A DNA stretch of 46,028 nucleotides from Candidatus Heimdallarchaeota archaeon (GCA_021399395.1 JAAFKJ010000119.1:1-46028), one strand, 5' to 3'. Positions 9,556 through 18,715 are shown, numbered from the stretch's first letter. Made by a program: numbers and translations. The notes: a model not told the origin generated them from the sequence alone.

Positions 9556-10413
9556 ATGACAAATATTGACTTTGCTAAGTTAACTGAGTTAGCTTCCTCT
9601 AGATTAGACATTATCGTACTGCACTCACAGAAAGGTGGCCCTGGAAAAACAACTCTATCATGCAACATTGCCCACGAATTAGCCGAAAGAGGAAACAAGA
9701 CTGTTCTTGTTGACTTAGATATAGCTCAACCAACTATCCAACATATTTTCCAAATTCCTGATAAGAAAATCAAACACACAATTAATGATATCCTTCTTGG
9801 AGATGTAAAAGCAAATGAAGATGTTATTCTAGAAACAAAAAATCCAAACCTATTTTTAATTGCAGCTAAAGAGAATGTGGAATATGGTGAAGGCTTACTA
9901 TCGCTACTAGAAGGGATCCAACAATTTTCTTTTTTTGCCTTACATGAAATGACAAAGCTTCTTCTGAGAATGGGTTTTCGATATGTAGTTTATGATTGTG
10001 CTCCAGGATATAGGATGGAATCTGTTAATGCAGCAGCAATAGCTGATGCAAGATTGTTTGTAATTAGGCCTTCAACATTTAGTTTTGAGGGAGCTAAACA
10101 AATGCTCACAGATATCTACAAGAAATTAGATATTAGGTCTCTAAACTTCTTTGTTTTTAATCAAGTTCCCCCAGATCTCAAAGAAGACAATCAGAAACTG
10201 CTCAATGCTTGGAAAGATGATCTAATTAAATTGTATCTCCCTGAAAAAATCGCATTTCTAGATTTTCTCCCTATTTCTTTTGAAATTATGGAACTAGGTA
10301 TAAATGGTGAGTATATTTTTCCAGAGAAAACGGTACTCTATAAGAAATTATCAGAAATAGTTACTGAAATCACAACAAAAATTGATGAGATGAAAGAGAT
10401 TAAAGAAGAATAA
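9556..10413 (+). CDS. MinD/ParA family P-loop ATPase
   Basis: Deviant Walker A KGGPGKTT, VDLD, Walker B YVVYDCAPG, FNQV. Confidence 0.9.
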   Translation: MTNIDFAKLTELASSRLDIIVLHSQKGGPGKTTLSCNIAHELAERGNKTVLVDLDIAQPTIQHIFQIPDKKIKHTINDILLGDVKANEDVILETKNPNLFLIAAKENVEYGEGLLSLLEGIQQFSFFALHEMTKLLLRMGFRYVVYDCAPGYRMESVNAAAIADARLFVIRPSTFSFEGAKQMLTDIYKKLDIRSLNFFVFNQVPPDLKEDNQKLLNAWKDDLIKLYLPEKIAFLDFLPISFEIMELGINGEYIFPEKTVLYKKLSEIVTEITTKIDEMKEIKEE

Positions 10414-10522
10414 TCTTAGAAATCTGTGAAAAACATATCAAATTTTGTTAATTGATTCTGTAATATAGTCATATCAAAAATACAAAGAATCAGTTTGAAT
10501 GAAAACTAAATGTAAAAAATTA

Positions 10523-10537
10523 CAGGGGCTTTTATAC
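10523..10537 (+). promoter_or_regulatory. Candidate BRE/TATA promoter for the intergenic structured RNA
   Basis: Purine-rich CAGGGGC followed by TTTTATA (10530-10536), ~25 nt upstream of the first predicted stem. Confidence 0.45.
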
Positions 10538-10557
10538 TCAAAAATTCTAGAGTAATT

Positions 10558-10885
10558 AGGACTAGGATTTACAACTAAGGCAGCCTATGCGATCACCTCC
10601 AAAGGGACTGTGATCAAGTTGCTTGAAAAATCCTTTCTGCTATACCTAAATAGAACGGGAATAAAGAAGTGTTCCGAAAACACTACTTTTAGTGCGAACG
10701 GGGTAGGAGGGTATGTGATGTACCCATGTAGAGTGTGAGTAGACCCACAAGGAATGACACTTGCATTGGTTCTACTAAATATGTTCAACGATGTTAGATA
10801 TATACTAACATAATAGTAACACATCATATGTTAAAGACTGATCTAAAACTAGCTTAGACTGTTTAATTCCGTTCTAGTTGGGTCT
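10558..10885 (+). ncRNA. Candidate structured non-coding RNA of unassigned class (~325 nt)
   Basis: About ten mutually compatible nested stems, including 10644-10660/10867-10883 and 10688-10699/10769-10779; G-U wobbles form on the + strand; locally higher GC than the flanking intergenic DNA; upstream TATA. Confidence 0.6.
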
Positions 10886-10923
10886 CTGTTCATGGCAATA
10901 TTGGACAAGTTTTTATTCATCAC

Positions 10924-11928
10924 ATGTCTACAGTTGTATTAATGAGCCTAGTTAAAGAGTATCAATGTCCTCATTGTAATGCTCCCATGGACGTAAACCC
11001 TGAAGATGCGATATTTAACTGTAGATCTTGTGGTCAAGCTGTTTTGTCTGATGGTTCAGAATTTAAGGACCATTATGTCTTAAGAAACACTTTGAATAGA
11101 ACAAAAATTCATGAAATCATCAAGGGTTTTATTAAGAAGAAAGGTTTTATGAGGGGAATCAAAGGTTATAAAATAACAAACATAACTCCTACATTAACAC
11201 CTTTTTGGGTAGTTACTTCTGATGCATATACTCACTTTGTGGGATATCTCAGATACACTGAAACGAAAACCAGAACCGTCGGTACTGGAAAAAACAGAAG
11301 AACTGTTACTGACCATGTTACTGTTTATCGTCCTATTGATCAGGAGATAAGAGAGAAAAGAGCGGATGTACTCTTGGGAAGGAGAGGAAGTTCAATTTAT
11401 GGTTATAGTAAAGTAAAAGACATTGTTCGTTCTGAATTCTCAACAGCTGTTCCTTTTGAACATGATCATTTAATAGCAACGGATAAAGAATTTGATTACT
11501 TATCTACTGAGATAACTTTAGATGCTGCTAATCAACTTGGAAAAACAGTTGTTTTTGATAATCACAGAGCTAGAGCGCAAAAAGCTTGTACAAAAGTATT
11601 TGATTGCGCTACACAAATCACCTATTCGGGAACTTACTTTGTTCATGCCCCTGTTTGGCAAGTTGAATATGAATTCAAAGGCGAAACTTACAGAGTTGCT
11701 ATTTTAGGTAGTAGTGGAAGGATAATTCTTGGAGAGATTCCAGTAACAACAACCTTCCGTATGATCTTTTTGACACTAACAGTTCTAGCAATAGGTGCAG
11801 CTGGTGTGGTCAGCTATTTCTTTGGTCAATCTGCAGTATATGTTCCAATTATTGCTGGAATTGTTGCTGCGGTTATAGGATTCTTCACGCTTAAGAATAC
11901 CTTTAAGCCTAAATCGGTGGTGGATTAA
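10924..11928 (+). CDS. Zn-ribbon membrane protein (N-terminal CxxC...CxxC, two C-terminal TM helices)
   Basis: CPHC...CRSC, PFWV, HAPVW...Y...G.SG...GEIP, two hydrophobic helices; true start may be the ATG at 10942. Confidence 0.75.
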   Translation: MSTVVLMSLVKEYQCPHCNAPMDVNPEDAIFNCRSCGQAVLSDGSEFKDHYVLRNTLNRTKIHEIIKGFIKKKGFMRGIKGYKITNITPTLTPFWVVTSDAYTHFVGYLRYTETKTRTVGTGKNRRTVTDHVTVYRPIDQEIREKRADVLLGRRGSSIYGYSKVKDIVRSEFSTAVPFEHDHLIATDKEFDYLSTEITLDAANQLGKTVVFDNHRARAQKACTKVFDCATQITYSGTYFVHAPVWQVEYEFKGETYRVAILGSSGRIILGEIPVTTTFRMIFLTLTVLAIGAAGVVSYFFGQSAVYVPIIAGIVAAVIGFFTLKNTFKPKSVVD

Positions 11929-11929
11929 G

Positions 11930-12913
11930 ATGACAGTAAAATCAATTATGTGCCCAAATTGTTCAGCTCCTCTTGAAATGGAAGCAACTCAATCCCACGT
12001 AACTTGCCCATATTGTGAAGTTACAAGCGAGTTGAAGAAAGTTTCAGAGTTAATTGAACATTACATGCTACCTGTAAGTTATGATGTCTCCCAAATAAGA
12101 ACAGAACTTGTAGGAGATATCTTGAAACATCCAGGAGTTCCGGAAGATTTACATAAATCTCTAGAATTTACAAAAATCGATCTGAAATTTTATCCTTACT
12201 TTATCGTTACTGTTCATCTCAGAACCGAATACAAAGGTAATGGAGAATATGCTACCTTCAGTAGCAGATACAAATCTGGCTACCGTCATATAAGCACACA
12301 TCTAAAGCCTGAACAAGGTGTTTTTGATGATACAAGAGAATTCATCATTTATTCATCTGAAGATGTGATTAATGACTTAATAAACTTCGAAATTTCAACA
12401 AGAGGAAAAAGATATTTCCAAGCTTTAGAAGCTGAGAAAGTCAAAGCTGATGTTAATAAGAGTATTTTCAATCTAGAGCAAGCAAAAGAAGAAGCCATTG
12501 GCAATATGCGAGATATACATAAAGGACTGATGATGAAAGAACTCGCGCAAATACTAGAAGTCAAAGATGAACCGAAAGTTGAAGGTGTCTATCTTTTACA
12601 TATACCGTTCTATTTCCTAGAATTCAAAGTTGGTAAGAAGGAATACAAAGCAACAATGGATGCTGCTACAGGTAGAACTGTAATAACTCAGGTTCCTCGA
12701 GAAACATCTTATTGGATACAAGTAGGAGTTCTTACAACACTTTTTGGAGCAATAGGGTTAGCTGGTATTTATTTTGCAGTTAACAATGTACTAGAAACAG
12801 GCTACTTCGGTATTTTCGGGGCTATAGCAGGTCTTGTGTATGCTGCTCGAACTTTGCAACTTGGAATGAAATCTCGTTATTCAGAAACTCAAAGATCGAA
12901 ACGGAGAAAATAA
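11930..12913 (+). CDS. Zn-ribbon membrane protein, paralog of the upstream gene
   Basis: CPNC...CPYC, YPYF, HIPFY...DAATG...VP, two C-terminal TM helices; 1-bp gap after the upstream stop. Confidence 0.75.
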   Translation: MTVKSIMCPNCSAPLEMEATQSHVTCPYCEVTSELKKVSELIEHYMLPVSYDVSQIRTELVGDILKHPGVPEDLHKSLEFTKIDLKFYPYFIVTVHLRTEYKGNGEYATFSSRYKSGYRHISTHLKPEQGVFDDTREFIIYSSEDVINDLINFEISTRGKRYFQALEAEKVKADVNKSIFNLEQAKEEAIGNMRDIHKGLMMKELAQILEVKDEPKVEGVYLLHIPFYFLEFKVGKKEYKATMDAATGRTVITQVPRETSYWIQVGVLTTLFGAIGLAGIYFAVNNVLETGYFGIFGAIAGLVYAARTLQLGMKSRYSETQRSKRRK

Positions 12914-12976
12914 TCTCCAATTTATTTTTTCTCTTTTACCTTTTTATTTAAAAATGATTTATCTATTGGATTAAAT

Positions 12977-13711
12977 ATGACTGAAGAAATTCCTCTCTTT
13001 TTTGATTTTGGTGGAACCCTTGTAGATACTTTGCAAGTAACTCGTAGAGTTTTCAAAGAGGTTTTAGGTACAGATTATACTCCAGAACAAATTAAGGATA
13101 TGTACAAAGATGCTTCACAGAAAAGACAAAGTATATCTCTGTTAATCAAATATAAGGTAAATCCTGCGAAACTAGCTCTTAAACAGAAAAAAATCAAATC
13201 AATGCAGAAAGAGCTTTTCATTGATACAATAGAGTTAAACGATAAGGCAAGTGAAGTTCTTCAAAAGATTAAGAAACTAGATAAAAATCTGAAATTGATT
13301 CTTGTCACTCAGAATCCAATGATGGAAGATGAAGAATATTCCAGTCAAGCTTTGACCAAGTTATTTGGAGATAATAATCCTTTTGATCAGATATTGGCGG
13401 GAGAGGATAAATTTCAGATGATTGTCCATAATTTTGACCCTGATATATTAGCTAGAGGAGTCTTGATTGGTGATTTGCCAAATGATGTTTACGTTGCAGA
13501 AATGCTGAAAATTCCTTGCTTTGGAGTAACATGGGGTTATTCTGAAGAGGATGAACTTAGAACTCCATTCATTGTAGATGAAATTGAAGATCTCTATGAA
13601 ATGGTTCAAGATCATATTGAAGACTTAAAGGAAGAAAAAGATGAAGAAATAGAGGAAATAGAATTTGAGGACATTGATCTAGATTCGGATGACTTTGAAT
13701 TAATTGACTAA
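12977..13711 (+). CDS. HAD-superfamily hydrolase with acidic C-terminal tail
   Basis: Motif I FDFGGTLVD, LVTQN, motif IV IGDLPND, GVTWG. Confidence 0.85.
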   Translation: MTEEIPLFFDFGGTLVDTLQVTRRVFKEVLGTDYTPEQIKDMYKDASQKRQSISLLIKYKVNPAKLALKQKKIKSMQKELFIDTIELNDKASEVLQKIKKLDKNLKLILVTQNPMMEDEEYSSQALTKLFGDNNPFDQILAGEDKFQMIVHNFDPDILARGVLIGDLPNDVYVAEMLKIPCFGVTWGYSEEDELRTPFIVDEIEDLYEMVQDHIEDLKEEKDEEIEEIEFEDIDLDSDDFELID

Positions 13712-13722
13712 ATTAATTTCAT

Positions 13723-14052
13723 CTATTCCATTTCTAAAATGAAGTCTATCACTTTGTTGGCAACATCGGTTATTTTTCCTTCGCTTTCTTTAAGAATAAC
13801 CTCGGCTTCTTGTTCAGCATCTTTTATGAGCTTCTTGTACTTTGAAGGGTCCCTTGCATCTGCGATTTTTTGTTTAAGAATCTCCCTTGCTTCATTTTTT
13901 GCCTTCTCCAACTGTCTGACTCTATCGCTTTGAGCTTTTTCTATCAAAAATGCTGCTTCATTCTGTGCATCCTTAATAAGTTGCTCAGATTGTTGTTCAG
14001 TAATCTTTATTTGTTGAATTATTTCTTGTTCACTTAATGGCAAATATTTCAC
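13723..14052 (-). CDS. atpH: A/V-type ATP synthase subunit H (G-like peripheral stalk)
   Basis: EIIQQIKITEQQSEQLIKDA... charged helical pattern; 109 aa; lies in the ATPase cluster; start uncertain (GTG 14052 or TTG 14043). Confidence 0.75.
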   Translation of the reverse strand: MKYLPLSEQEIIQQIKITEQQSEQLIKDAQNEAAFLIEKAQSDRVRQLEKAKNEAREILKQKIADARDPSKYKKLIKDAEQEAEVILKESEGKITDVANKVIDFILEME

Positions 14053-15092
14053 CCGATATCTCTTTTCTTGCTAGTTATGTTAGAGGTCAGCATGCTAAGC
14101 TTCTTTCTATTAGTGACTTTGAGGGTTTGATAAATAAACCTTATGAAGTCTTCATTAACGATTTGAAGTCTTTTGAGATCGGTCATATATTGCGTCAAAA
14201 TCCCTCTTATCAATCACATGAAATTGAGCGTTTTTTAACAACAAGATTATTGGATCAATATTCATTTATACTAAAAAACACACCAGTTTGGGCTAGAAAT
14301 TTCATTGAATCTTATACTGTAAAATTTGAAGTGATGAACCTTCAAAGGATTGCCAGATACCTCTATTCTAATGCAGAAATAAACATGAGGGAAGCAATAA
14401 ATTTGAGAAGCCAAGAAATGTTGGGTAGAACAGCGTTTATTGCTAAGATGCTTCGATGTAATGATTTAGCTGAATTATTGGAAACTCTAAAGCAAACAGA
14501 ATATGCTGCAGAAATTGAGGTTGCAGAGAATATTTATTCAAACGTTGGAGATATTTGGCCTATTGAATTCGCTTTTGATACATATTACTTGAAACAGATG
14601 TTAGCAGAGGCATCTAAACTTAGAAGAAAGTATAAAGATGGAGCTTTGACTTTTGTGCACCAAGAAATTCTAACTAATTTACTTCTAGTTATCCTTAAAG
14701 CTGATTTTGTGGAGGTTGATGTAAGTGATGCATTAAAATTATTACCTTTGCCAGACAATATTCCATTTAAAAGGCAATTATCATCACTTATTTCAGAACC
14801 ATCTCTTAAAACCGATTTAGAGATATTGAAATCTTTCAATTCAGAAAAAATTAATCAAGGAATTAAGTGGTATAAAGAAGACCAAATGTTCCTTCATATT
14901 GAAATAGCTATTAGAGCTAGAGGGTTAGCTGCACTAAAGAAATCTTTCTATGAAGATTATGGCATTTTGAGTGTTCTGAGTTACCTTAAGCAATACGAAA
15001 CACAAATTCAAGATTTGAATAAATTACTATATCTGAAAGAATACAAGTTCCCTATCGAAAAGACAAGAGAACTTATTATCAATCTATTGTAA
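14037..15092 (+). CDS. atpC: A/V-type ATP synthase subunit C (V-ATPase d/AC39 homolog)
   Basis: VRGQHAKLLS...FE..NL...LKQTEY...IEFAFDTYY...YLKQYETQIQDL pattern; 351 aa. Confidence 0.85.
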   Translation: MANISPDISFLASYVRGQHAKLLSISDFEGLINKPYEVFINDLKSFEIGHILRQNPSYQSHEIERFLTTRLLDQYSFILKNTPVWARNFIESYTVKFEVMNLQRIARYLYSNAEINMREAINLRSQEMLGRTAFIAKMLRCNDLAELLETLKQTEYAAEIEVAENIYSNVGDIWPIEFAFDTYYLKQMLAEASKLRRKYKDGALTFVHQEILTNLLLVILKADFVEVDVSDALKLLPLPDNIPFKRQLSSLISEPSLKTDLEILKSFNSEKINQGIKWYKEDQMFLHIEIAIRARGLAALKKSFYEDYGILSVLSYLKQYETQIQDLNKLLYLKEYKFPIEKTRELIINLL

Positions 15093-15095
15093 CAT

Positions 15096-15587
15096 CTATA
15101 TCGTAGGAACCGTAACAATATTCAGAAGTATGAATGCTATAAGCAACCCATAAATTGCTAATGCTTCCCCCAAACCAAGATAGATAAGGTTTGGAGTAAA
15201 GACCTCTGAGTTTGATGTTATAGATCCTATAGCTGCAGGTTCTCCTTTTGCTAATGTGATAGCCGCACCCAGATTTGATACCACCATGATAAACATCGCT
15301 GCGATAAAAATCCAACCATATTCTGGTTTAAATTCAGTTATTGCATAAGTACCATCAAGATATGGTAGTATCTTTGTATACATTACAAATGCTATAAGTA
15401 ACCCATAAATTGCTAATGCTTCTGCTAACGCAAGATAGATTAGAATGAAGATATTCAATTTTTGCTTTTCAGCTACTGCTGCTGCTGCTGCTTGAACTCC
15501 TTTTGACAAAGGAATTCCTGCACCTAATATAGTTAGCATTGTTCCTGCTATTCCTATAATTCCTAAAACATATCCTTCAACTGCCAT
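15096..15587 (-). CDS. atpK: A/V-type ATP synthase subunit K/c, internally duplicated (4 TM)
   Basis: Two hairpins, each with EALAIYGLLIAF containing the ion-binding Glu; 163 aa. Confidence 0.92.
   Translation of the reverse strand: MAVEGYVLGIIGIAGTMLTILGAGIPLSKGVQAAAAAVAEKQKLNIFILIYLALAEALAIYGLLIAFVMYTKILPYLDGTYAITEFKPEYGWIFIAAMFIMVVSNLGAAITLAKGEPAAIGSITSNSEVFTPNLIYLGLGEALAIYGLLIAFILLNIVTVPTI
15133..15422. repeat. 35-bp direct repeat (34/35 identical) inside atpK
   Basis: AATGCTATAAG[C/T]AACCCATAAATTGCTAATGCTTC at 15133-15167 and 15388-15422, 255 bp apart. Confidence 0.9.
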
Positions 15588-17631
15588 ATTTACTCAAATC
15601 CATTTTTTTATTGAATACGAAGGCGGGCTTGTGTTGAATACCACTTCCTTCGTAAAATTTACTAAAGAATTCATAAAAGTGTAATCTTAAAGTCTGAACA
15701 AACACTAATAGTCCTTCGAGGGCTAATACAAATACGTTCCCAATAATTAAAATTAGTATTTTGAACCCTATAAAACCAACCTGTTCAGCTAGAGCATTTA
15801 TTACACTCAGAAATACTACATGAGCGACTAACATAGCAAGCATTCTCCCATATGAGATTGTGTTGCTGATAAAAGTACTAAAAGACTCTAACAAATGTAT
15901 TAAGCCCATTCCTATTCCACTAAAGAAATTGCGGAGAATATTGTGTCTTTTCTTTTTGAATAGAATACTTACAATCCCTTGTCCTAGAAGAGTTAACCCC
16001 ACTCCTACTGAAACTGATACCAGTCCTACTAGTAGAAATCCTTCATTGTTAGGGTCGATTCCTAAGTCCAATATTCCTAGAGAAGTCAAGAAGTAAAGAA
16101 TAGCTGCATACAGGAAGAACTGTGATGTAGTATCCTTCAATATTTCATCATATTCCTTACGTTTAATTTGATTTACTAATTTCAACACTAACCCAAGGGT
16201 AACATGCACAGATCCTATAATGAGGGTTAAATTGAAAACTTCAACTAGATCGTTTACAGGCTCTATGAATGGATATTCTAAACCAAAAAGGTATATTGGA
16301 TCATGATGTTCAGGTCCTGTAATTCCTAATAAGTCAGTAAGATGAGCACCAAAAGCCTCACCAAAAATGAACCCCATAATAGATGATGTTATCCCAACCA
16401 TCATTACTAATAGAAACATCTGTCTAATACTCTTCTTCAGACCTCTTGCAAGTACTCCCATTAAACCAATTATTACCAAAATTAATCCATGCCCTAGATC
16501 ACCAAACATTATTCCAAAGAAAATACTAAATGTAAATATGAAGAAAATTGTTGGATCCACTTCCTTTGAAGATGGTAAACCATAAAGTCCAACGATGGAT
16601 TGAAATGATTTTGTAATCGGATTTCTAGCTTCTACAAAAGGAACATTTTTTGTCTCTTCTTCAGGTTCTCTCGTTAATACAATTGTTTCTGGGAAATTTT
16701 CAATTTCTTTTTCTAGAACTGATAAATCCTTTTGTGCAATCCAACCTTGTATAATGACGGTCTTATCGGTTTTTCGTGATGAAACACGCATCCTTAGCAG
16801 GTGACCATAACTTTCTATTGATAATTTTATTGCTGTGATTGTCCCTTTATTCTTTATCGCAAATTGGTTTATCTCATTAGTAAGTTCCTTTTTCTGAATT
16901 TTGAGATGACTGTGCTCTTTCAATATTTCATCTTCAATCTCGCTCTTATTCAGATGAACAGGACCTTTATGTTCATGCTCAAACCATCGAACAGTTGACA
17001 GGTTTTTTATTAATTTTGATATTTCCCCTTTCTTTCCTTGAGCAAAAATCATGTATTTACCATAGATGAGCGGGATAACCTCGCTTTTTTGAATTCCAAT
17101 TAAGAACTCTTCAGCGTCACTTTCTTTAGTGGTTGTTAAAACCCCAATTAATGTCCTCTCATTTGAAGCTATTTCATATGGATGTTCCTCTTCAAGAAGT
17201 CTAAATCCTTTTGCAATTAACTCAAGTATCTCTTGTTCTTCATTTTTCTTATCAGATTTTGATATTAATTCTTGGATTTGTTCTCTTAATTTGTTGATTT
17301 GAGTATCTAACTCCTCTTCAATCTTAGCTAAATCCTCCCAATCTTCAAATAATGGGGATATCAGAGGTTGTTTTTTGTATGCTCTAGCAATTTTTTGACC
17401 AAATTTTTCTTTTGGTTCAGGAATTAATTCGATTAGATCTTTGTAAGCTGTTTCAAAAGACCTTAATTGTTCCAATTTTGATGAAGGATAAAATTCCTTT
17501 AGATTCTCCAAAGATATGTTTTCTTTGACCATCAATTTTTCTGTTCCAGCTAACTTGACAATGAGTTTTGCATAGTCTTCTGTAGGCGTGATGAAGGTTG
17601 CTTCTAACATTTTGGCAGGAAATAGACCCAT
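15577..17631 (-). CDS. atpI: A/V-type ATP synthase subunit I (a)
   Basis: YGLP...EVDPT, FFGIMFGDLGHG, SNTISYGR (essential Arg), QTLRLHFYEFFSKFYEG. Confidence 0.96.
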   Translation of the reverse strand: MGLFPAKMLEATFITPTEDYAKLIVKLAGTEKLMVKENISLENLKEFYPSSKLEQLRSFETAYKDLIELIPEPKEKFGQKIARAYKKQPLISPLFEDWEDLAKIEEELDTQINKLREQIQELISKSDKKNEEQEILELIAKGFRLLEEEHPYEIASNERTLIGVLTTTKESDAEEFLIGIQKSEVIPLIYGKYMIFAQGKKGEISKLIKNLSTVRWFEHEHKGPVHLNKSEIEDEILKEHSHLKIQKKELTNEINQFAIKNKGTITAIKLSIESYGHLLRMRVSSRKTDKTVIIQGWIAQKDLSVLEKEIENFPETIVLTREPEEETKNVPFVEARNPITKSFQSIVGLYGLPSSKEVDPTIFFIFTFSIFFGIMFGDLGHGLILVIIGLMGVLARGLKKSIRQMFLLVMMVGITSSIMGFIFGEAFGAHLTDLLGITGPEHHDPIYLFGLEYPFIEPVNDLVEVFNLTLIIGSVHVTLGLVLKLVNQIKRKEYDEILKDTTSQFFLYAAILYFLTSLGILDLGIDPNNEGFLLVGLVSVSVGVGLTLLGQGIVSILFKKKRHNILRNFFSGIGMGLIHLLESFSTFISNTISYGRMLAMLVAHVVFLSVINALAEQVGFIGFKILILIIGNVFVLALEGLLVFVQTLRLHFYEFFSKFYEGSGIQHKPAFVFNKKMDLSKYGS

Positions 17632-17639
17632 TAGACCAC

Positions 17640-18284
17640 CTATTTAAATAATATTTCATTAATTTTTGTTCTTATCTTCTCTCGACTTGCGTCAAGTAAG
17701 TTTTCTAAGGTATGATTTATTCTAACTCTTTCTTTAGGATCGGTTAAAATAAAACCACCAGCTGTTTTCAAAGAAGAAGATTCAATCTTACATTCAATTT
17801 CTTCTTTCTTTGTAATATCATCGATAATTTTCTTAAAGATGGTTACATCTTTCTTATCGATTATAATCATTATCTTCTTTTCTCGCATGCTCTTTATGTT
17901 CTTAATTAGAGTTGTTTCTAAGTAATCCTTGTAATTCTTATTGTTTCTAAAATCGTTTATTACAATTTCCAGCTTTTCAAATACCTCATCAATTAGTTTC
18001 TCTCTTGTTTGAATCTTTATTTTTCTTGCTTCTTGTTGATGTTCTGTTTCTGTTCTTTTCCTTAAGAAATCAATTCTGGATTTTTCTTTGTCAAGCTCTT
18101 TCTTTTTAATTTCTTCTACCATTTTTAGAGTCTCTTCTTCTATACTTTCGAGTTTAGTTTTTGTTTCCTTCTTTAATCTCTGTACTTCATCAGTTGCTTC
18201 TTCTTGAATCTTCTTTAACAGCTTCGTTAAAGCTTCATCGTTGATGCTGACTGATTTATTTTCATTTTTTGGCATATTAATCAC
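17640..18284 (-). CDS. atpE: A/V-type ATP synthase subunit E
   Basis: N-terminal coiled coil; C-terminal GGFIL...RINHTLE...LF. Confidence 0.9.
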   Translation of the reverse strand: MINMPKNENKSVSINDEALTKLLKKIQEEATDEVQRLKKETKTKLESIEEETLKMVEEIKKKELDKEKSRIDFLRKRTETEHQQEARKIKIQTREKLIDEVFEKLEIVINDFRNNKNYKDYLETTLIKNIKSMREKKIMIIIDKKDVTIFKKIIDDITKKEEIECKIESSSLKTAGGFILTDPKERVRINHTLENLLDASREKIRTKINEILFK

Positions 18285-18286
18285 TT

Positions 18287-18715
18287 TTAAACAGGAAAGA
18301 GAAGAACCGGAATATCTGATATTTCAATTACATATCTAACATGGTTTTTTATTAATCTCTTTGTGATAGATTCTCTTCTTGTACCCATTACTATGAAATC
18401 TACTTTTTCTTTTTTTGATGATTTAATTATTTTTTCTGCGATGAGACCTTTAGAACCTTCAATTGTGATGTAAAGATGGGAATCATCGTATTCCTTCCTA
18501 AGGTTTTCCAATATACTTTCATATTTAAGCGTATTTTCTTCTTCTGCTTCTTCAGGAGTTGTACCCCTGAAAATAGCTAAACGCTCAAGACTTTGTCTGT
18601 CGATCACATTAAGTAGGTGGATTTCTGTTACCCAATCACCGAAAAACTCCATCAAATTATTGATTAGTTTTGCACCACTTTCAAAATCCCCAACAGCAAT
18701 CAACACTTTTTTCAT
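18287..18715 (-). CDS. Universal stress protein (UspA family)
   Basis: KKVLIAV, IHLLNVID, G...EKII, VDFIVMGTR, SDIPVLLF. Confidence 0.88.
   Translation of the reverse strand: MKKVLIAVGDFESGAKLINNLMEFFGDWVTEIHLLNVIDRQSLERLAIFRGTTPEEAEEENTLKYESILENLRKEYDDSHLYITIEGSKGLIAEKIIKSSKKEKVDFIVMGTRRESITKRLIKNHVRYVIEISDIPVLLFPV

Noticed and set aside
9556-10413. ParA as evidence of a plasmid or integrated element
   Set aside because: No ParB, Rep, integrase or iterons nearby; MinD-like chromosomal ATPases are common in archaea.
10585-10827. 80-aa minus-strand ORF in the intergenic region
   Set aside because: Atypical composition and no motif; the region is better explained by + strand RNA structure.
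10558-10885. Identification of the structured region as RNase P RNA, SRP RNA or a group I/II intron
   Set aside because: Only fragments resemble them (AAAACTAGCTTA ~ RNase P CR-V; GGACTAGG ~ SRP 5' end; GTTCAACGA ~ group I R element). GAGGAAAGUCC, ACAGAAA, the SRP helix-8 motif, correct P/Q/R/S order and group II domain V are missing. Left unassigned pending a covariance-model search.
15079-15315. 78-aa alternative-frame ORF over atpK
   Set aside because: Out-of-frame shadow of a well-supported gene.
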